A stretch of 64,000 bases of DNA, taken from NCBI GenBank assembly GCA_002269645.1, contig NIVC01002712.1:62001-126000 (forward strand), read 5' to 3'. How positions within the stretch are numbered: position 1 is the first letter of the stretch; every line of letters starts with the position of its first letter. Source of the stretch: Macrostomum lignano (Eukaryota). The notes below the pieces were generated by a model. That model made no database searches and was not told the DNA's origin. It worked only from the letters and a program-made list of their open reading frames with translations. Position numbers and translations under genes: made by a program. This document shows positions 13,069 through 24,200 of this stretch, piece after piece.

Positions 13069-15646
13069 TTATTCGCATCCTATAGTGTGCAACAGTGGAA
13101 AGGCAACCAACTTGCCATTTAGAGCGATAACAAGCGCTTTGCAGTGAAGTTCATCAATGCCTAGTATGCAATGGGTATCTGACAGGCTGCTCACAACAGA
13201 AATCATGTTGGTTTGGAAAGAGTTCACTGGGGTGTTATAAAGAGGCTCAGATGAGCAGAAGCGTCGCACATGCAAGTAGCAGGAATTTCCCGCGGCAGAG
13301 AAAATGTGAAAAATTCGGTAAACACTTCCTGTCCTGCTCATCACATAGCAGTCAGGCTTCAACACGGACAAAAAAGTAGACCTACGGGGAAGCTCTAATC
13401 TAGCAAATGCCCCAGAAGGCTTGATGGACAGAAAAAGCAGAGGCAATGGAACAGGTCTTGACAGAGAAAAGAGTGTTGCTTCCGAGTAAGCATGTTTTTT
13501 TAAAAAGCCTAGCGTGACATCTCTCTCAGAAATTCGCTTTACAACTTGCTGAAGCGCCATAAAGGGACCACGACAAAAACCAGAAATAAAACGCTGAAAA
13601 TTTTCTCCCCAAAAACAACTGAAATTTTCTAGTGGGCCAAATCGACGGACATCTGCAGGAATATGTATGAGCGTGTGCAGATTATAAACAATGAATTCGG
13701 GACCCCATAGCTTTTGACAGCGTCGTACAATCCACTTTGCCAAATTCTCAGCATAATCGCAGTGCTGACTGCTGTGAGTGGGATGGGATAAAATGAAGGA
13801 AAAAACATGCAAGCTTACAAAAAGACTGTACATCTCATCAGAGACGAGGCCCTGCAGCACAACAGGGGCTAAATACAGAAGAAACAAGCGAAATTCAACT
13901 GCCTTCCACTGCCCTAAAACATCAAGGGATCTGGGCCTTCGTGGAAAATCATGAGGGATGCTAGGCGCCACAGATTCTAAAGAGCAACTTATTTCACGAA
14001 GAGAACACTGCGGAACGCGGTGAGGCACGGCTGCGCAAGCAAGGCTTTTCAAGCACTTGTGAACCACTCCCTCATACAACAGGTGCATGGGGTCGACTGG
14101 AAAAGTTGAAATCATGTCAATAGGCAGGGAGCAAAAAATGCTTTTTGACAGAACATGGTTTATATAAACTTCATCTTCGGGGCAGTTTTCTTCTGAAGCT
14201 AAGCGAAAGCAAGCGTCTGTTCTAAGCGGTGCATTTAAGTCACAGAAAACAACTCTTCCACTGGCATAGTGACCTTGTACGGTGCACTTATCGCAAGCAA
14301 AATAGCCAGTGCAGTGTTTTGTGCCCCTTACAAAATGCCTTGCGGGAGCATCGCACAAAACCATTTCAAGTTCAAATGGAGTAGAAATTCCATCTCGACA
14401 ATAGCCGTTCAAAATTAGGTCGCGGAGCTCTGAGACACAATCAAGCAAGTAATCAGTTGCAGAAAATGGCTTTTTTAAGCCGCAATAAATTCCAATCACG
14501 AAATCGGAATGCAGAAGCCCTTTAACTCTGCCTAGAATCGGCCACATTGTCGTGTTGCAACTCTTGTAAATCCTTGCTCCGTCCAAAAATAGATGAAGCT
14601 TTATTGCACCATGCATTGGCAAAGTACAATGGGAGAAAATAAAATTTAATCCGTGTACAACGCCGAAGTGATAGTAATTGCCAGGCTCGACGCTTTTAAC
14701 GACAAGATCACGAGGTGTCTGCATCAGACTTCGATAGTCAGCAGGAAGCTCGGGATGAATTTCTAGCATTCGCCTCAGAAGGTCATTAACTGAGGTCACT
14801 GATGGGTTATTAGCTTGCACCCAGTCAAACAAAACACTACGCATTCCATTGGAGTGCTGCCGGTCAAACTCATCAATTTCTTCCTCGGCAGAGTCAGAGC
14901 CTGACAAAATGGAAAAAGTTCGTTGCAATTTATTAATGGCATGATGATACGCTCGAGAGGGCTGAAAATAATCAATTCGATGATCCGACCACGGAAAATT
15001 TTCTTATGTGGTTCCCAAACTGCACTAGCTACTTGCCTAAATCGAAATCTCAGCAGCACAAAGTAAATGGGATGCAACAGCAGCAACCAAAAAATTGTTG
15101 AGGGAGCGGATCCTGAGGGTAAAGCAACAGCATGCTTCCTGCAATGAATTCGGCTATTTCAAGCCATCCAAAAACTCATAGTCTGAAGTCTAGTATAAAT
15201 TAAAGCCTAGGAACAGGATGACAGTAAATCCCCCAAACGGAACACTGAACAGGATGGCGATAAATCCCCCCAAACAATTATAATTCTAATAAAAGAAAAT
15301 GAAAGTTTTTACCTTGGACTTGCGATAGGGGAATGCGAAGGCAGTCTCGATGATCAACCTCTACAGTTCTTTCAGGTGTCTCCAGAGCATCAGGAGAAGT
15401 GGCTCCTGGTAGTACCCGAGAAGTGGATTCTTCTTCGTCTAGTTGATTTTCTCCTTGCGTCAGTAGTGAAGCACATGGAGATGCCATGTGACAAATTTGA
15501 TCTTCGACCTCCTCCAGCACTCTTTCAGCATGGTGCAGTGCTGGAGTTACTGAATTACCGCTTTCGGTTTTTTTTAATAGTTTCTCAAGATGATTTTTCG
15601 CATGCCTTCGTTGTGACCTTCTACTCAACCCGCCTCTTTTTTCCAT
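13069..15646 (-). CDS. EnSpm/CACTA-type DDE transposase, ~721 aa; exons 15646-15313 and 14900-13069
   Basis: Motifs LDG, CDAPAR...GYFACDKC, DPMHLLYEG, WKAVEFRLFLLY, YNLHTLIH...GPL...SCF.GEN; phase-1 splice junction closes. Confidence 0.9.
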
Positions 15647-16296
15647 ACTGGATCTTTACTATTGAATTGCCTAAATTTTTTCACCTGACCATGCAGCGGC
15701 AGGAGCTAAGCTTGAATAGCTTATTTAGACTCAATAGCAGCAACCTCTATGCTTACTTAACTGCTTAAAATTTAGCTAAAATATGCAAAAAATAACTCAA
15801 ACTATAACTGATTGAAACTCGTTTGGACTAAAATGCGTGTACCGTTTAACTTTGAGCTACCGCTAGAACTGCCACTAAAATGTCCGCTATCTGATGCATG
15901 TACTGTAAATGCATAAAGCACAGCTTCAGTTATAGACTACAGTGATTCAGTGAAAATTTATAATCAGCAAATTAACAACTTAATTACACAACAGAATTGA
16001 ATTAACAAATGCAAAGAGGCCATAAAACCCACGTACGCAGCTACATGTATATTCTGTCCACAGGAAGCGGGAAACCGTGGCCCAATCCGCTAACAGATAG
16101 CGGCAATCCTGATCAACCTTCATCCAATAGCAAATTAACCGCTCAGATGAGCTCGTCATATCTTCTTTGTATTGTTGTTTCAGTCAAAAAAGCAAAGAAC
16201 AATTGCTGCATGAACTTCAGCATTGAGCACGGCATGCCATCAATTAGTGACGGTATACGCGACTGAATATGGTGGACTTCGCTTAGAATACATTTA

Positions 16297-17756
16297 CAGT
16301 TGGGTTCACGGAAAGACGATTTTTCCATGGAATCGTTCTGGAATTCTATAGAATATTTGTTTCCATTGGATGAAAGGCGGCCAATTGAGAGAACACTGAC
16401 AGCCTCCCCCACCAAACCGCAACCGGGAGAGAATGACACGGTGACGTGACAGTTGATAGTCAAAAGGCTTGTATACATTGCCAAGCTGTATCAGTAGCCT
16501 CAGCTTTGGGATTCTACACATCATTAGAGTGTGCCAGTCGGTATCACCCGCAGAAAGAATCGTGTCTCTAGATTAATCCGCTTTCCAGATATTCGAAGGC
16601 GGCTATTCGGGAATATTCTAATGCATTCAAATGGGCAAATCCGGGAAAATCAATCAGGAATTGCCAAGCTGTATCAGTAGCCTCAGCTTTGGGATTCTAC
16701 ACATCATTAGAGTGTGCCAGTCGGTATCACCCGCAGAAAGAATCGTGTCTCTAGATTAATCCGCTTTCCAGATATTCGAAGGCGGCGATTCGGGAATATT
16801 CTAATGCATTCAAATGGGCAAATCCGGGAAAATCAATCAGGAATTGCCAAGCTGTATCAGTAGCCTCAGCTTTGGGATTCTACACATCATTAGAGTGTGC
16901 CAGTCGGTATCACCCGCAGAAAGAATCGTGTCTCTAGATTAATCCGCTTTCCAGATATTCGAAGGCGGCGATTCGGGAATATTCTAATGCATTCAAATGG
17001 GCAAATCCGGGAAAATCAATCAGGAATTGCCAAGCTGTATCAGTAGCCTCAGCTTTGGGATTCTACACATCATTAGAGTGTGCCAGTCGGTATCACCCGC
17101 AGAAAGAATCGTGTCTCTAGATTAATCCGCTTTCCAGATATTCGAAGGCGGCGATTCGGGAATATTCTAATGCATTCAAATGGGCAAATCCGGGAAAATC
17201 AATCAGGAATTGCCAAGCTGTATCAGTAGCCTCAGCTTTGGGATTCTACACATCATTAGAGTGTGCCAGTCGGTATCACCCGCAGAAAGAATCGTGTCTC
17301 TAGATTAATCCGCTTTCCAGATATTCGAAGGCGGCGATTCGGGATGAGGTGACGAACGACGAGGACCAGTACCAGTACTCATTTTTAATTGAGAATGAGA
17401 AATTCTATTTTACAGAAATGAACGAATGGATGCTCTACTGCACTTAGAAGATCACGAAAGCACCCTTACAAAAATAAAGGAAGTGGTTTATATTGCTTTG
17501 AAAGACAGACTTAATGCTGTAATTGGTTAGAAGGATAGGAAATATAGGAAAAATATGAGTGCATGGAGGTTACAGTATACACACACCTTTTGACTGTCAA
17601 CTGTCACCCCATTGTGTCATTCTTTCTCTGTTGCGGTTTGGTGGGGGAGGCTGTCAGTGTTCTCTCAATTGGCCGCGCTTCAACCAATAGGAACAAATAT
17701 TCTATAGAATTCCAGAACGATTCCATGGAAAAATCGTCTTTCCGTGAACCCAACTG
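16297..17756. mobile_element. Non-autonomous long-TIR (Tc1/mariner-like) element nested in EnSpm
   Basis: ~180-bp imperfect inverted repeats beginning CAGTTGGGTTCACGG, flanked by TA on both sides. Confidence 0.75.
16478..17344. repeat. 183-bp tandem array x~4.7
   Basis: TTGCCAAGCTG recurs every 183 bp; copies near-identical. Confidence 0.95.
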
Positions 17757-18605
17757 TATTCTACAACTAATTGAGTAATCGGGTGTGATTTTCCAGTGGG
17801 TTATATTGATGCTTTCAAACGAATACTCTTTAGGACCTTACTGTCAGTAGTAGCTAACTAACGGGCAACCATATTATACATGTATGAAGACGTTTTTCAC
17901 CCGACCATCAAAATCAAAATCAAAATATAAAGTTATCCGGCGCCTTCAGCAAACTGGAAATTTAATAAGCTCATAATTAATTGTACGTGTAATGTAACTT
18001 ATAACAGAAATATCTGATTCATTGTAATTGCCATCAGCTCAGCTATAGCTGCATGTACGCTCGTACATGTAGCAGAAAAACAGTTTCAGCTTCCGTATCG
18101 TCGTCCAGCGAATTTATTTTTTCATCTTATCTTCGAGCTACATGTACAAAAAGCTTTGCATAATTAATACAAACGGGAACAGATTAGTTTACCCGATTAA
18201 CAGTAAACAGTTTTTCAAAAAATTTCCGGCCAATTCGTCTATTTTGTACAGGTATACAAACATGCGTATGATGCTACTAAAAGTAAATGAGCCGCAAATG
18301 TGCGGTATTTTCCTTCGTTGAATGTCCCACATTGTTCCAACGTTTTTTCAACAGCCCATACGACTATTCACTTTGCCCAAATATCCTTTTCGTTGGACGA
18401 ACGTTTTTTGGCAGCCCGGGGTAGCAGCACCAGCGTGACGGCAGAGAAGCTGCCGCTGCTGCAACCGCGAATTCGAGCGCTCAGTCGGCTTCGAAGCAAC
18501 TTTTTGACATTTCCTGAAATTTGCGCAAACTGAAATATTTTGCTGCAGTGCGAGGACAGCCGTCAGATGAAGCGGTCGATACTGAAAATGAAAATAATCC
18601 AGCTT

Positions 18606-18838
18606 TCCAATGCCAGAGACTGGCAGCAGTGAGCCAGCTGTCCAATGCCAGAGACTGGCAGCAGTGAGCCAGCTGTCCAATGCCAGAGGCTGGCAGCACT
18701 GAGCCAGATGTCCAATGCCAGAGGCTGGCAGCACTGAGCCAGATGTCCAATGCCAGAGGCTGGCAGCACTGAGCCAGATGTCCAATGCCAGAGACTGGCA
18801 GCAGTGAGCCAGCTGTCCAATGCCAGAGACTGGCAGTG
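18606..18838. repeat. 35-bp minisatellite x~6.5
   Basis: TCCAATGCCAGAG recurs at 18606, 18641, 18676 and onward. Confidence 0.9.
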
Positions 18839-19729
18839 GCTGCGGCGAGGCAGGCAGCGAGTAGCTGGCGGTGCTGCATTTGCTGAGTCGCCAATGGGAG
18901 TCGCTGATTGGAGCGGCCACTTTGAGTTGCAAATTTGAGCAGGCATTGCGAGTCGGCATTTATCCACTCGAGCTGCTGCTGGAATGCGTGGAGGGCGTGG
19001 GATCTCGCCAGATTGAGTGGCGCGGCCTCAGCTGAGGTTCTGCTGCAGTTGCAGGTCCGATGTGGCTGTCCGAGTCACGTTTCACTGTGGAGCTGCGATC
19101 GTGACAGCAGCCGAGTTTCTGAGGCTGCAAGGGGGCCGGCCGCCCGCGAACCAAAGTCTTCAGTAGTAGCAGCAGCTCGAATCTCAGAGCCGATAAGAGT
19201 TTAATCTGGAAACTTCTCACTAGAAGTTGTTGCTTTAATTTAGAATATTTTTAGTTCAACGCTGTCCCACTGTTCGAATGGATTGTCAATTTTTGAGTGT
19301 GGTTTTTGTATTCTACTTAGAGTAGCTTTTAGTAAAAATTGACAAAACTAAATGACTGTAATTCTATTATGTTAGACAGTCATGACTGCCTGAAAAGATT
19401 GTATATGTTTATGGTATACAAGCTGTTGAAACCCGCGGATTTTGATCCCGGGGAATTCCAATCCCCGGAAACTACTTTTGCATTTGCATCTGAAATCTAA
19501 GGCCATACACAAACAAATTAATAGTAGGATAGATGTAGACATAAAATGGAGCACATTCGTGTAAAATTAGGGTTTGAGGCAAACGTTGATATTGTTTGCT
19601 GGGGTACTCCACAGAATGCCAGGCAATGTTTGTCTGACTCTAAAACATGTATTGGCAAACTCTGGACTCTCCCTATGTCCCTTGGATCCTTTAAAATTTC
19701 TATCGTCTCTTCTGTTTCCTTTCTTCTCT

Positions 19730-20111
19730 CTCATCCCTCGTCTCTCCTCTCTCCTCTCTTCTCTTGTATCTTCCCTCATCTCTCTTCTGTTTCATCTCTC
19801 TTCCCTATTCTTTTCTCTCTCCTCTCCTCTCTCCTTTCTACTTTTCGTTTTCTCTCTGCTCTCCTCTCTCCTCTTTACTCTTTCGTTTTCTCCCTCCTCT
19901 CCTCTCTCCTTTCTCCCCCTCTTCTCTCGTCTCTTCCCTCACCTCTTTCCTCTCTCTCTTCCCACTCATCTTTTTTCTTGTTTTATATCTTCTCTCTCCC
20001 CTCGTCGCTCGTCTCTTCCCTCACCTCTCTTCTCTCTCGTCTGCTCTTTCATCTCTCCTTTCTCTTCTTTTATCTTTTCTCTCTTATCTCTTCTCGTTTC
20101 TATCTGCTCTG

Positions 20112-20186
<75 letters not shown>

Positions 20187-20990
20187 CCAATCTCTCTTCT
20201 CCTCTCTCTACTCTCTCCCCTCTTCATTCTCCTATTCCCTCTTCTCTCCCCGTCTCTCCTCTCTCCTCTAGTCTCTGTAATCTCTTATCTCTTATCTCTC
20301 CTCTGTTCTCTGTACTTTCCCATCTCTCGTCTGTTTGCCTGCTCTCTCATCTGTCATCTTTACTCTCTTATACGTTCTCTCACTTATCTCCTCTGTACTC
20401 TTCTCTTACACCTCTTCTGACTCCTCTCTTTCCTTACTCTATTCTTTTCTCTTCCCTCTTCTATACTCTCTCTCTCCTCTATTATCTTCTCTCGTCTCTC
20501 TGCACTCTCCTCTCACCTTTTCATCTCTCATCTCTTCTTTCATCTGTCTCATCTCTATAATCTCATCTTTTTCATCTCTCTTCCTCTTCCCTTTACTCTC
20601 TCATCTCTCCTTTCTCCCATCTTTTACACCCCTTTCTTATCTCATCTCTTCTCTTCTCACCCCTTCTCTCCCCCTCTTATCTCCTCTCTTTTCTATCCTT
20701 TCTACTCTCTCCTCTCTAATCTCTCCTCTCCTCTTGACCCTCTGTCATCTTCTTTCTGCTCTCTCATCTCTACTCTCTTCTCACTCTTCTCTACTCTCCT
20801 CTCATCGATCCTCTGTCTCATCTCTCCCCTCTTCTCACCTTTACTCTTTCTTCTCCCTCCTTTCTCCCCTCCTCTCGCTTCTTCCTCCCTTCTTCTCTGC
20901 TCTCTCCTCACCACTTGTCTCTCCTCTTATATTCCATGTTTTCTCACATCCCCCTCTCGCCTCTCCTCTCTTCTAATAGTCTATTCCTTC
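19730..20990. repeat. CT-rich low-complexity tract inside Helitron B
   Basis: Polypyrimidine sequence with a pure (CT)n core at ~20117-20180. Confidence 0.95.
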
Positions 20991-22034
20991 TCCTTTCCAC
21001 TCTCATCTGGCCCGCACATAAGCTGGATACTGGATTCTTTATCTGGCTTTTGAAGTAAAAGTCTACCCATTCCTGCTTGGAAAGCCAGTTTGTGGGACGT
21101 AGTACTCTCATGGCTGTTCTCATGCTTTGATCATGTCATCTTTCTTGCCAATTTGCAGTCCTGAAAGGAATTTGTGTATTTTCAGCTCCACTGCAGTCTG
21201 CATCAGTCTAACAACCAATGAAATACGCATTTCTTAGGAGGACATTTAAAATTTAAAGTACTTTTAAGAGAAACCTAAAATTTCCATGGTGTGACTAATT
21301 TAGTAGGGTTGTATTGCATTGCATCGCCTTTTCATAAATCTTTCGCTTTTACAAACCATGCTGGATTCCCTCGCTTTGCCATCCACTGTTAAACTGCTGC
21401 AGAGTTTTCCAACACAGAGGACAGTGGTTAGAATTTCTCACTAAACTGTCATGGCTAAACGTAGCCTCCACGCGCGGGGGTACAGAGAAGGCTATTAAAA
21501 AGTTATTCCAAAACACTGTACATTTGCTATGTACATTCAGTCCTATCGCCTGACCCTTCGTCTGGACTGGGGGAATGAGTGAGTGAGTGGAACAAACAAC
21601 AGAAAAAGCAGACAAACTTCACATGCTTACAGTTTCTTTTTCGGTTGAGTTACAGAGTTGAAACTTTACATTTAGATAGAGAATAAGTCAATGAAGAACT
21701 GTGTCAAATTGGAAGTCAATCGCTTGACGTGGAGCAAACTTATGGCAGCTGAAATTTACTCAATTTTGAAACCCTTTTACACATCTGGGCCCAGATAGGT
21801 ATCGGGAAAGAGAGGCAGGCAGGCGGAGGTTGGGGTGGCTGCCTCGCTGAAAAAAACAGTTTAACTTTAAAAGTGCACAGCACCGCTCAGGATTAACTTT
21901 GAGACTCGAAATTTTACACGATTGTGTCAAAATAGTTGAAGATTGATTGTGTTGAATTTGAAGAGAATCGGTAGAAGTGGATGATTTAGTGAAAAAATCG
22001 CGCATTTTGACCAGTTTTTTGCACTTTTAGGTAG

Positions 22035-22609
22035 TGTAGTAGGGCATTATTTTAGAAACGGAAATTTTTCAGGTTTAGATATGCTTTTACCCTACTATCA
22101 GTAGTTTCAACCCGGGGAAATAATTAGAGCGGGGTTAAGTGGATAAAATTGGGGTTCCTTTAGAACTACAGAGCAGTTGGGCTCTCGGGAAAGAAAACTC
22201 GGACCTTCGTTGGAGTGTCTTCTCCTGTTTAAACTTAGAGAGTTCACGAAGAAGTGGTAAGGAAAGGGAAATATAAGGGATAGGCTTGCACTGAGGAGTC
22301 TTGCCTCTAAAAACTGGGAGTCTTGCCCAAGCACTATAACGGGAATAAGGAAATAGGGAATTAATGTAAAGCAAAACTAACTTTTGTACCGTAATTCACT
22401 TTTCTATTATAAAATTTATTTTTTTTGTGTTAACTAAATCCAAATTGGTGTCCTGACTTGGTTCTTTAAGCCTAAAGCTAGAATTAAGGAACAGCAGGAA
22501 CCTGGTGGCAGCGAACTACCAAACATTAAGCAGTACCACAGATAGCAATCCGCTCATAATCCTTAGCAATAAGAACCAGTAGCTTAGCCGCGGTTACACG
22601 CCCATTCCA
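22035..22609 (+). repeat. 5' LTR
   Basis: TGTAGTAGGG...CATTCCA, repeated at offset 7878. Confidence 0.97.
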
Positions 22610-22611
22610 AT

Positions 22612-22621
22612 TGGTGGCAGC
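22612..22621 (+). promoter_or_regulatory. Primer-binding site TGGTGGCAGC (tRNA-Leu AAG/UAG-like)
   Basis: 2 nt after the 5' LTR end; complementary to the conserved ...GCUGCCA-CCA 3' end of eukaryotic tRNA-Leu. Confidence 0.7.
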
Positions 22622-23063
22622 TTAGAGGATTAGAATACCCGAGAAGCGCATACATTAGACTGGAGCTTAGGATTAGTAAGGGATTAACGGATTAACTCCT
22701 ATGTGCTGAAATTAGAACTAAAACTAACACAAAATTACTAATTAGGTTCTAAATTAGAGATTAATGTACATATTCAGTTGGTCTAAGATTGTCAAATCAC
22801 AGATTAACGGATTAACGGATTAGGAACGGATTAACGCTCCTGAAAGGAATTCTAACTTAGTTTCTTCGCTAGAAGATTAGTAAGGTCTCAATTAAGACCA
22901 GAAGTAAGGCAGAAGTAATAAAATTAGAGTCACTGCTGTTTTATTAACTAAAGTCTTACCATTAGGCAATTTAGCAGCTAAATTCGGAGTCTTGCCAATT
23001 TACTGACCAAAATTATTAAACCAGAAGCGTTAATTCTAAAATCCAACCTAAAATTAAACTAAT

Positions 23064-24107
23064 ATGGAAGCTAATGACGTAGTAGAAGCACTGGCTGAAG
23101 GCATTAGAGACAGGCTAGACATTAGGAAACATATTAGGATCCAAAAGTACACGCCTAATCAGGATATAGACGTGTGGATTCAGGCTTTTGAGCAGAGGTG
23201 TATCGCAGATGAGATACCCCCAGCTGAGTGGAAGAATGAGCTACTGTCTAACCTAGATGTCCAGTCAGCGTTTGCTATAGTAACAAGGCTAAATTTAGAT
23301 CCTAATCTAGCATACGCAGACTTTAAGGACAGACTAATTGAGCGATTCACGCATGTAGGTAGTGCTCAAGAAGCTAGGGAAGAGTTCCGTAGTAGGTTCC
23401 AGTGCAAAACTGAAAGCACTGATGACTACGCTGAAAAGCTGACAGAGCTAGCATGCAGGGCGTTTCCCCATCTAACTAACGATCAGAGACAGGAAGAGGT
23501 GGTGGAACAATTTATCAGAGGTGTTAGGGTTGCCCCAGAGACTAGAGAAAAGCTACTGCTAGCTCAGGTAAACTCGCTTCAAGAGACACGTCGAGTCTTG
23601 CGACGTATCGAAATGGCGTACGCTATGTCTCGCCGAGGTAGAGACCCGCAGCAGTGTAAGGCAACTGGAGGAGAAGAAGCTGAGAATAGCTTGAAGGAAT
23701 TAGTCCGCAAGCAGGGTGAGGCGCTAGAGACCCAGCAGAAGGTGCTTCAGGAGTTACTCCGACACCACCAGAACGTTGAGCAAAAGGTCAAGCAGCAGCA
23801 GCCGTCAGGTCAGCAGCAGCAAGGCCAGAATCAGCAAGGGCGTCCCCCAGTAAAGTGTAACAGGTGTGGCAAGCTAGGTCACTTAGCTAAGAATTGTAGA
23901 CAGCCACATCCGCAGAACCAGCTTAGGTACCCGGCTCAGCAGCAAATGCAGTATCAGCAGCCGCAGTATCAGCAGCCGCAGTATCAGCAGCCGATGTACC
24001 CACAGCAGCAGATGCAGCCGCAGTACCCGCAGCCGCAATACCCTCAGCAGCAGAATTCGGGAAACGGAGTAGACGGAAGCGTCGGAGGCAACGCTTTCCA
24101 GCAGTAG
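23064..24107 (+). CDS. gag: Gag with CCHC zinc knuckle and Gln-rich tail
   Basis: CNRCGKLGHLAKNC knuckle; retrotransposon capsid-like motifs. Confidence 0.9.
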   Translation: MEANDVVEALAEGIRDRLDIRKHIRIQKYTPNQDIDVWIQAFEQRCIADEIPPAEWKNELLSNLDVQSAFAIVTRLNLDPNLAYADFKDRLIERFTHVGSAQEAREEFRSRFQCKTESTDDYAEKLTELACRAFPHLTNDQRQEEVVEQFIRGVRVAPETREKLLLAQVNSLQETRRVLRRIEMAYAMSRRGRDPQQCKATGGEEAENSLKELVRKQGEALETQQKVLQELLRHHQNVEQKVKQQQPSGQQQQGQNQQGRPPVKCNRCGKLGHLAKNCRQPHPQNQLRYPAQQQMQYQQPQYQQPQYQQPMYPQQQMQPQYPQPQYPQQQNSGNGVDGSVGGNAFQQ

Positions 24108-24200
24108 ATCCCTCACAGTCTGTAGCCTCACAACCTGTAAATAGCAGCGATACTTTTTCTGTAAATAGTGAATTGAATTCTTCAGTGTATAACAGTAGGC

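Larger units (their letters stand above)
8140..18420 (-). mobile_element. EnSpm/CACTA (CMC)-type DNA transposon, 10.3 kb, apparently complete
   Basis: Terminal inverted repeats CCCGGACTGCCA (8140-8151) / TGGCAGCCCGGG (18409-18420), 11/12 match; 3-bp TSD GTA on both sides; CAACGTT-rich subterminal regions; contains a transposase and ORF2. Confidence 0.9.

Noticed and set aside
16478-17344. CRISPR-like or other repeat-spacer array (also considered for the 29-bp and 23-bp arrays)
   Set aside because: Units are contiguous with no unique spacers; no cas genes; eukaryotic context.
19546-20976. Leu/Ser/Phe-rich and ER-repeat ORFs (also 30824-32659)
   Set aside because: Artefacts of CT-rich tracts inside Helitrons; open in several frames.
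22107-22374. 75- and 79-aa ORFs repeated at 29985-30252
   Set aside because: Incidental antisense ORFs within the LTRs.
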